Positions 23,951-32,135 of a stretch of DNA of 49,174 bases are shown one piece after another. Every line of letters starts with the position of its first letter. Position 1 is the stretch's first letter. The DNA is taken from contig JAUCBJ010000971.1 in NCBI GenBank assembly GCA_032718475.1, positions 1 to 49,174 of the forward strand. The letters are read 5' to 3'. The position numbers were made by a program, and so were the translations under genes. The notes beneath the pieces are model-generated. The model saw nothing but the letters and a program-made list of their open reading frames with translations, had not been told where the DNA came from and made no database searches. Origin of the DNA: Nemertoderma westbladi. Taxonomy: Eukaryota; Animalia; Xenacoelomorpha.

Positions 23951-25975
23951 GTAACAGTTAATCTTCGTATTGCAGTGTAGGCATTAAATACAGTTTAATA
24001 TTGTTCTGGTGAGAACAGTAACAGTTAACGATCTTATTGCAGTAGGCAATAAGGTTGCAAAATACCGTAGTGACCGGTAAACCTGAACCGGTACTTCTGT
24101 AGGTCAGTAGGCCCAACTGCCAGAACCGGTACTGCTGTAGGTCCGTAGGTCCAACTGCCAGAACCGGTACTTCTGTAGGTCTGTAGGCCCAACTGTCCTA
24201 ACCGGTACTGCTGTAGAAGTACATTAGTATTATTCGATCTTGATTATTGTATACCGGTAGGTCTCGATATTAAATCGGGGACGCCTGGTTTTTATTGGGA
24301 TTTTACTTAGGTCTATTTCTGTCAGTTTTATTTACTAGTAGGCTAATATTGAGCAGAAGGCGTGTGACCCTGCTCAGATTGTTCAGACAATTGTAGGCTG
24401 AGCTGCTGTCTGACTGTTGTTGAGTTTGGAGAGATTACGGCGTGTGTAGAGTTTGTCTGATCAAGTGCCGTTAGTAAGTTGGGGCAGCCATATGCTGTAA
24501 GGTCAATCCCCTCTTAAAGAATAAGTCGTACTACCGTGTTAGAACGCATACTAACTAACTATTTCAGAATCTGCATATACTGTAGTTTATTTAGGCTTGA
24601 TCGTAGTCTGCCAGCGTTTTAGCCTGTGTTTGTTTGTGTGGTCTGTTCAGGTACCGTAATAGTTATTACTCAGATATTTTGTAGGCTGGATTGTTGTCTA
24701 GCTATTCTTAGGCCTGAAGGGATTGCTGCGTGTGTAGAGTTTGTCTGATCAAGTGCCGTTAGTAAGTTGGGGCAGCCATATGCTGTAAGGTCAATCCCCT
24801 CTTAAATAATAAGTCGTACTACCGTGTTAGAACGCATACTAACTAACAGTTTCAGAATCTGCACATACTGTAGTTTGTTTAGGCTTGATAGTAGTCTGCC
24901 AGCGTTTGGTTTGTATTTTGTTTGAGTATTCTGTACGGGTAGCGTAATATTTATTATTCAGAGTTTACGCGATTATTCGCAACATTCATGTCCCCAAGTT
25001 TATTCCTACAGTAATTGTGCTTGTTATACATACCGTTATAGTTAAATTAACCCCGGTACTACACGGGCTGCTTGGCGTAGGACAAGACTGGTGACTTTGT
25101 GCTCTGGTCACTCCAGCAGATGCTGTGGTTCTTTTAACTGTTCAAGTATATTTAACTACTGATTATTTGTTATACCGGTACTTGTACCTAATTTAGGGTT
25201 TAGTGTACAGTGCTTTCCGAAGTAATTAGTGTAGGCAGTATATTTGTGTTGTAAAGTGGTTGATAGGCACATTCGTTAGCTCTATTAGCTTCTGGGTAGG
25301 AACAATCCGTGATACATAACGTAGTACCTATAGCGATACGGTTATAGGTCGTCAGGCGGTGGTATTTTCCTATCTGGACAGTACAGTATATTTACTACTA
25401 CTTATTATTTCAAATACCGTAGTACCCTGTCCGTTGTAATAACCAGAAATCTAACCCTTTGTTAGGCTGGTTTGTAGACTTCCTGTAAAAATTACCCTAA
25501 AAATTTCGTACGTAATATTTTTGTTGTGTTTAATTAGAGAATTAATCTCACCCGTATCGTAAGTAATTTGTAGTATTAAGTAACTTAGGTAAATTAGAAT
25601 TATCAGTTTTAGTGTCAAATAAATAGCACTTCACTGAGAGCGTACAGCTTCTGTGTAGTGACTCCCCCAGAAGTGATAACATTTGTTTCAAATATTGACA
25701 AAACCCTTTTAAACGGGTATATAAATATTATAAATCAACTCAAACGATTTATAAATAGTAGGCCTGTCATACAACAACTATATATATCTGTGCTAAATTT
25801 ATATACCGGTACTCTGTGACAAACCTAGTTTACAATACTTATATATATTATAAGTGCATACCGGTATTCTAATATACTGCAATAAATTACCGGTACTAGG
25901 CCAGCGGTCATACTGAATTACTAGACTTGCTTTAACTGTAACTATAGCAGTAAGCCTTCAACTGTATAGCTAAAC

Positions 25976-26719
25976 ATGTCTGACACTCAGCAAAACCTGT
26001 CAGACAGTCTGATCGATACAACTATCTGTGACTCAGATAGGAGTGTGGAGCGATTAAGAAAGGAGTTCAGCTCACCTCCTACTGCAAAAAAGGTCATCCC
26101 TCCAGTAGTATCAGACCCTAGGCTAATCCACCATAGGTCCATCATAGGCACTCGGGCACAGGTAAAACGGAACCAAGAGGCAGTTGTCCCATCGCAGCAA
26201 CATCTTGGTCAAGAACCTACTTCCCAGCGACCCGATAGCTCCAGCAGTTCGGATACTGTAGAGCTAACCCCCGAACATGGAGTGCAGATGGCTGATACAG
26301 TCTACTCGGACCCCCTTCTTACCCTTCCTGCTGCAGTGCTAACTACTATATTCATTGCGGTGGAGGAACATCAAGCCGACCGGGCGAAGAATAAGCGAGC
26401 GACCCAAGATAATTATGCGGGATACGCCAGGGAAGAATTGATGTCTATTGTCGAGTCACAATGGAACTTTCCCGGACTCGGACTCCCGTTGGATCTGTCC
26501 GAGGCTACTTGGGAAGATATACACAGGATGGGAGTGGCTAAAGATACAATGGATCCAGCTGTTTGGAAGAGGTCGGCAGCAGGATATGTGCAGGGATTCT
26601 TCGGCTCCTTGGAGCGATTGGAAGAACAACTGTTTCGACAACTTCAAGGACCTCAAGAGCAGGAAGAGCTGCTATACCAAGTACACCCTACGCATTCGAC
26701 TAATCCTCTCAGCCTTTGA
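25976..26719 (+). CDS. N-terminal part of BEL/Pao Gag, separated from the rest by a +1 frameshift near 26687
   Basis: ATG-initiated 247-aa ORF overlapping the 1214-aa ORF. Protein-like sequence switches frame at ...CAA GTA CAC C CTA CGC ATT... Confidence 0.65.
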   Translation: MSDTQQNLSDSLIDTTICDSDRSVERLRKEFSSPPTAKKVIPPVVSDPRLIHHRSIIGTRAQVKRNQEAVVPSQQHLGQEPTSQRPDSSSSSDTVELTPEHGVQMADTVYSDPLLTLPAAVLTTIFIAVEEHQADRAKNKRATQDNYAGYAREELMSIVESQWNFPGLGLPLDLSEATWEDIHRMGVAKDTMDPAVWKRSAAGYVQGFFGSLERLEEQLFRQLQGPQEQEELLYQVHPTHSTNPLSL

Positions 26720-29700
26720 GGAAACTTCCAAAAGAAGACAGGACATGTCGCTGCAGGTTGCTGTCAAAACTTGGTTACATCGGGTAGATCTCAAAGTACA
26801 GGAAACGGCCCAGTGGAAATCCCAGCTGGCTGAGAGATCAACCTATGAAGAACCAACTGATGTCACCCTTTCTCAAGCGGAAAGCGAAGAGACCGCCGAG
26901 AAACTGCGAACTAGAGACGCTATCGACATTTATTTGTCCGACTATCAGCGATTCCTAGGAGACGAAGAGTTGAGGAGACGGCTGTCTGGACTTTCCCCTA
27001 ATAGTGAAGGAACCAAGCTTGTGTTGGACTCAATCGATGCCGAAATGTTAGCTGCAAACCAAGCTGAATGTGATGAAAAACTCCGCCTCACTAGAGTCCG
27101 AGAAGAACAAATAAAGAAAAGAAGGATAGAGGAACAAAAGGCGGCGGCTATGGCAGAAGCAGAAGTAGAAAGAAAGGCAGCGGCGGCAGATGCAAAAGCA
27201 GCAAAGGCAGTGGCAGAAGCAGAACGGAGAGCCTCTGAGCAGACTACCCAACTGGAGTTGGAAAATCTGCAAGAGACACAAGACAGTATAAATAAACAGT
27301 TTACTGCTAATCAAATGCAGATGATGAGAAAATCTACTCCCAAGCGCCAGGGATACACATCCTCGGAGGAAGGTGAGACCACCGATCCTGAAGGCGGAGG
27401 AAATAGATCTCATCTAAGTAGGCGTAGAAAAACATCTTACCGTCGCAAATTGCCTGATTTGCCCCCAGCTGTTAAAAGACAGCTAACTAGCACAGACTTA
27501 GGTAGTGCAGAACCCATAGAACAATTTATCCAGGTCAAAAGACTCCCTACTATAGTCGATGAACCTGAAATAATTAGGCCTGTTGTTCCCAAAGTCACTT
27601 CTGTGCTAGAGACCCCTGCACTTCCAGAGCTTAACTCTAAATTCCCTTTACATAGTACTACACTGCCTGTACCCGGTGGAACAGTCCAAGAGAATACCCC
27701 TGTCCAGATAGCAGAGAGAGAAATCAATAATTTGTCTCCCGTCGTCCCGCGTCAGCCCGCTACTATGTTGGCGACTCCCGCTTCGGCGGTTGAGTGGGTG
27801 GAAGAGGGACGGCGGGGGATGAATCTCCTGCTGGGACAGATGCAGGAGACTGTCCACCAACTTAAGGGAACAGTGAGGGAAAGTAGAGCAGAGTTGCAAG
27901 AAGTGCAGCAAAGTATCGCGCTAGAACGCGACAAATTAGTCAATATACAAAAGGGCATACCAATACCCCCTGTAACATTGTGTCAACCTGTTAGGTCTGA
28001 AGTATTACATGCGCAAGGTGTGGAGCCTACACGCATCTATACTGCTAGTGAAGTAGAAACTCCTATAGCAAACCCTATTAAGGGTGATTATAGACCTGTT
28101 ATTAATGATATTCCCTATAGACCTGATAATAATCCAAGGAATTTATATACCGATAATTCGATATTAAATAACACGATGGCCCAAGAAAGCTTTACGCGTC
28201 AGATGGCTAGAACAGAAGCCCGCCAAGCGGTCAAAGTGGGAGAGATCGTCAAATTCAATGGAGATGAGATGAAATGGTTACCTTTCAACGAATATTACAA
28301 AGATAGCATACAGAACTCTGTACTATCTAACGGAGAGAAACTTAGATTCCTCATCAAGTGCTTGGAAGGACCTCCCAAGTTAATGGCGTTAAAGTTTATT
28401 GGACATCCAGATGGATTAAGACAAGTTTGGGATACATTAAACATCAGGTATGGTAACAAGGATAACATAGCTAAGTATTTGTATGCAAAATTAGTAGCCC
28501 CCCGAAACTTCCTTAGTAGCGGGATTATAGAGTTTTCCGATGAGATTCAGGAGATCTGTAGACAATTGGACTGGTTGGGTAAGTCTCATGAATATCAGAG
28601 TTCCATGGTTATTGGAGCAGTAGTCTCTACTTTACCAAAGGGTGGAGTATGTACACGCTGGGACAAGAAAGTGTTGTACATGAATGAACAACAACGACGA
28701 AGTCCTACCATGGCTGATCTCATGTCCTTCTTAGATAGTGAAGTAAAATTACAACTCATAAGGCAGTCCAGAGAGAAAACATCGGAAAATAAGGTAAGTG
28801 AGAAACCCGTTTCTAGGAGAAGGATAATACCAGTGTGTTACACTGACGACGGAGAAAGCCAAGCTTCCCAAGAAGAGGACAGCGGGAAAGATACAGACCG
28901 ATCTTATTATGTTGACAAAACCTCAAAGGACGTAAGTAAATATAAGGCTCGAACCAACAATAGGAGAGAACAGATTGCTAAGACCCCTCCTCAGTCTCCT
29001 AGTAGAATGCGCGGAAGAAAGCCCGAAGAAAGAACGAGAGTGCATCAGACTACCCAAGGTAAAATAAGTAACATAAAACCTAAATGTGCGCTGTGCGACG
29101 GGCCCCACCGTTTGAGTGCGTGTGCTGAATTTCTAAAGAAATCCCCTGTAGACAGACGTACAGTCCTGTGGAATAAGCGGTTATGCTATAATTGCCTCAG
29201 ATCAGGACACCAACGGCAAACCTGTTACTCCGACGTAAAGTGTGCAAAGTGTGGCGCGAAACATCACATCTTGTTACACAGTGAGTTCGAACGAGACAAC
29301 CCGAGTCAGGTAAGTGAGCCCGAACTACATGTCCAATTCAGTGATGTGAACGACACTGACCAAGGTTCTGAGTGGGAAGGATTCTATACAGACGAATTCT
29401 CCGATGCCAACGAATCCTGTTATCTAATAAATACCACAGTGTATCGAGCACTTACGGATGAAAAGGACACTGACGAGTTTACTCCAACTCCTTTTGACAA
29501 ACAACCATCTTGGAAAGTTCCAACTTCCAACATAGGAATAAGAGAATTTCCTGTAGTGCAAGTTCGAGTTCATGGTCTTAACAAAAGTTACATAGTGAAC
29601 GCCCTCCTTGACTCCGGCAGTACAGGAACATTCATCGATCAAGAACTAGCCGAAGATATCTTTGCTGGACAACCCAAGTTCCGGACTAAATTGAATATGT

Positions 29701-30092
29701 CAGGAATTATGCAGGTTTGGAAATCTACCCTAACTGCAGACTACTATGTAGGTGCGTTGTCCACCCCCCAGGATAAATTAGGAGCACAAAGTATAAGGTC
29801 AGTAAAAATGGTGGCTATAAAGAACTTCGCTACTACCCAAGCAGACCTTTATAATTGGGACGAGGATGAGAGCATCCAACATCTTAAGATACCTCGATTC
29901 CAGACAGATTATCCTGGAGTGCAAATACTCATCGGCCAAAACGCGCATGAAGCGCTCGAGACATTGGAGAAACGGCCTGCTCAACCGCAGCCACTGCAAA
30001 CCTATGCGGTAAGAACTAGAGTAGGTTGGTACTTCACTGGCCCTTCCCGTAGAACTCTCAAAGAGAGATTACCTCAACAACAGGTATACTAA
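26448..30092 (+). CDS. BEL/Pao Gag-protease polyprotein (coiled coil, DUF1759-like capsid, three zinc knuckles, aspartic protease)
   Basis: IVKFNGDEMKWLPF...LSNGEKLRFLIKCLEGPP...LNIRYG (DUF1759-like); CALCDGPHRLSAC, CYNCLRSGHQRQTC, CAKCGAKHHILLH; ALLDSGSTGTFI; ILIGQN...AVRTRVGWYFTGP. The true reading frame probably starts near 26688. Confidence 0.92.
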   Translation: MSSHNGTFPDSDSRWICPRLLGKIYTGWEWLKIQWIQLFGRGRQQDMCRDSSAPWSDWKNNCFDNFKDLKSRKSCYTKYTLRIRLILSAFEETSKRRQDMSLQVAVKTWLHRVDLKVQETAQWKSQLAERSTYEEPTDVTLSQAESEETAEKLRTRDAIDIYLSDYQRFLGDEELRRRLSGLSPNSEGTKLVLDSIDAEMLAANQAECDEKLRLTRVREEQIKKRRIEEQKAAAMAEAEVERKAAAADAKAAKAVAEAERRASEQTTQLELENLQETQDSINKQFTANQMQMMRKSTPKRQGYTSSEEGETTDPEGGGNRSHLSRRRKTSYRRKLPDLPPAVKRQLTSTDLGSAEPIEQFIQVKRLPTIVDEPEIIRPVVPKVTSVLETPALPELNSKFPLHSTTLPVPGGTVQENTPVQIAEREINNLSPVVPRQPATMLATPASAVEWVEEGRRGMNLLLGQMQETVHQLKGTVRESRAELQEVQQSIALERDKLVNIQKGIPIPPVTLCQPVRSEVLHAQGVEPTRIYTASEVETPIANPIKGDYRPVINDIPYRPDNNPRNLYTDNSILNNTMAQESFTRQMARTEARQAVKVGEIVKFNGDEMKWLPFNEYYKDSIQNSVLSNGEKLRFLIKCLEGPPKLMALKFIGHPDGLRQVWDTLNIRYGNKDNIAKYLYAKLVAPRNFLSSGIIEFSDEIQEICRQLDWLGKSHEYQSSMVIGAVVSTLPKGGVCTRWDKKVLYMNEQQRRSPTMADLMSFLDSEVKLQLIRQSREKTSENKVSEKPVSRRRIIPVCYTDDGESQASQEEDSGKDTDRSYYVDKTSKDVSKYKARTNNRREQIAKTPPQSPSRMRGRKPEERTRVHQTTQGKISNIKPKCALCDGPHRLSACAEFLKKSPVDRRTVLWNKRLCYNCLRSGHQRQTCYSDVKCAKCGAKHHILLHSEFERDNPSQVSEPELHVQFSDVNDTDQGSEWEGFYTDEFSDANESCYLINTTVYRALTDEKDTDEFTPTPFDKQPSWKVPTSNIGIREFPVVQVRVHGLNKSYIVNALLDSGSTGTFIDQELAEDIFAGQPKFRTKLNMSGIMQVWKSTLTADYYVGALSTPQDKLGAQSIRSVKMVAIKNFATTQADLYNWDEDESIQHLKIPRFQTDYPGVQILIGQNAHEALETLEKRPAQPQPLQTYAVRTRVGWYFTGPSRRTLKERLPQQQVY

Positions 30093-30107
30093 GTAAAGGA
30101 ATGGGAA

Positions 30108-30515
30108 GTGGAGAGCAGTGATGTAGACGATCCAACTGAGGGAACACCATACTCCTCAGATAATGACGATATTAACTCCAATATAGATCAATGGAGACAT
30201 TGCCTTGGGACGATTAATCCAGCCGACATCGTTTCCAGAGGAGCAACTCCTCAAGAACTAATAGATACTCCAGGCTGGTTAGGTGGATCCGACTTCTTAA
30301 GTAAAGAAGAAGAAGAATGGCCTCCTCATCTTACCCCGGCGGAGATTAGACAGGCCAAGGGAGCGGAGAAAGTAACACAACAACTCAATCGCCCAGCTGG
30401 TCGTTTATGTTTACTGGAAAGAGACCGAAAACTGTCCGGAAACTATGGAAGGCAAGATACTCTTCCTACGACCACTTCCCTAATCCGACAAATATCTAGG
30501 GACTCTATAACGTAA
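30108..30515 (+). pseudogene. Remnant of BEL/Pao pol (end of the RNase H / Peptidase_A17 region)
   Basis: QWRHCLGTINPADIVSRG...WLGGSDFL...EEEWP matches the Pao WRHV...NPAD..SRG...W..GP.FL motif. RT and integrase are absent. Confidence 0.85.
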
Positions 30516-32135
30516 TAACATATGGAGTGGGCGTGTGGCTATATCATTTTATATTTGTTTTTATTTTATATTTATGTATGTATTATTATGTAATTTTATT
30601 ATAATCGTTTTCTTTAATTTTATTTAGTAAAATGTTATTTTAGAATATTTAGTAGATTAGTGCAATATATTAGTGTTTATTACGTACATAATTACTTATA
30701 ATATATATTTAGTGCGACGGCAAGAAGTAATTATTTTCTCTTTCCTTACTGTCCGTATTATATTATAAATGCGAGACTATAGTAAGATGACATGTCAGTA
30801 CTTCTTAAAGTACAATAAAGCCACTACTATATTCAAGTATTATTGGTAGGCAGAGTATTAGGAATGCAAAGTTCAGATCCTCGTGTCTCGGCTAAACCAA
30901 GCTCTGGGTAGACCTTGGAAACGACTTGCCTCTTCACACTGACATTGCTTCGTGCGATATTGCTCTTCTACCTTATAACAAATAATACATATAGTAGCGT
31001 GATGTCCCTCTAACAGTAGCGTAAATCGCAAATAAATCTGTTAAACTTTTGACCTTCTGTAATTCTAGTCGATTAAGATATCGTGGCACCCACCGATATA
31101 CTTGAAAGACAAATTCTAGAATCAGTGGTTAACGTCTCCAGACAAGTTCTGGAATAAATCGGTGCCCATCCTAAATATTAATTTAATATTTATTAAAATC
31201 TGTAAAATCCCGATCCTTTAAAATTTCTAGTCAATTAAGATATCGCAGTATTTACCGATATTCTTAGAAGGACTATTTTATAGAATTAAGGATCCTAAGT
31301 TCCCAGATATGCTCTGGAATAAAATTTGTGTCAATTTAACATCAAATAATAAATTCAAGGGAATAAATTTAAATTCATATTCAAATGAATTTCATAAATT
31401 GTCATTTTGTGCAATTTATAACCTTCCCAAAATTCCAGTAATTAATAGATCATGGGAGCGGAGATTCATATTGAGTGTACTAGAGTGTGAGAATCTCCAA
31501 CATATAGTCAATATCCGATAAAATTTATAAAATCATGCATAAAGAGGATATTGACAATTAAAGAATTACTATTAAATAACATCCCAGATCTGTATGCATG
31601 AGAATTACCCTAATTCTACCGCTAGTTTTCCATAATGTCACCATGGCAACACCCCCGCTAGAATTAGAAGCAAGTTAAAGGAACAATAAAAAGCTTGCCC
31701 CATTGCATAGCATAGGAGTATACATAGCGCGCTATTAGTATCCAAGGATACATAGTAATAACGTGACATTCTGGAAGACACTGACTAACGTACAAATGGC
31801 ATGCATGTGTGCAGTAAGTAATGATTGTATGGAATTTGTGCGTTTATAGGTGAATGTTACTACTAAAGTGTGTTTACAGTAGCTAATCGCAATTGTAAAG
31901 TAGCCCTAACTCTACCGAGATAACCTCAAGTGGATTCAAGCCTTTGGGACGGACAGTGGTGGGACTTGTGCCGGTTATCATTGTCGTGCTGTTGCTACAT
32001 GTTGGCGTAAACACTGCGACAACGGTACATCGGCGCTGAGAAACCCACTGTCCGGGGGCAAAGCCTAGTAGGCAGCGACGCCCGCTTGCCTAAAATATTA
32101 ACTCATATTGATATTAATAAACTCAGATAACAGAT

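Noticed and set aside
24007-24025. TGGTGAGAAC as a canonical tRNA PBS of element 1
   Set aside because: It lies about 56 nt from the LTR end, too far to define the LTR boundary, and I cannot match it to a tRNA 3' end by eye.
24450-24580. Hammerhead ribozyme in the duplicated leader repeat
   Set aside because: The core reads CTGATCAA rather than CTGANGA, and no correctly placed GAAA/NUH elements were found.
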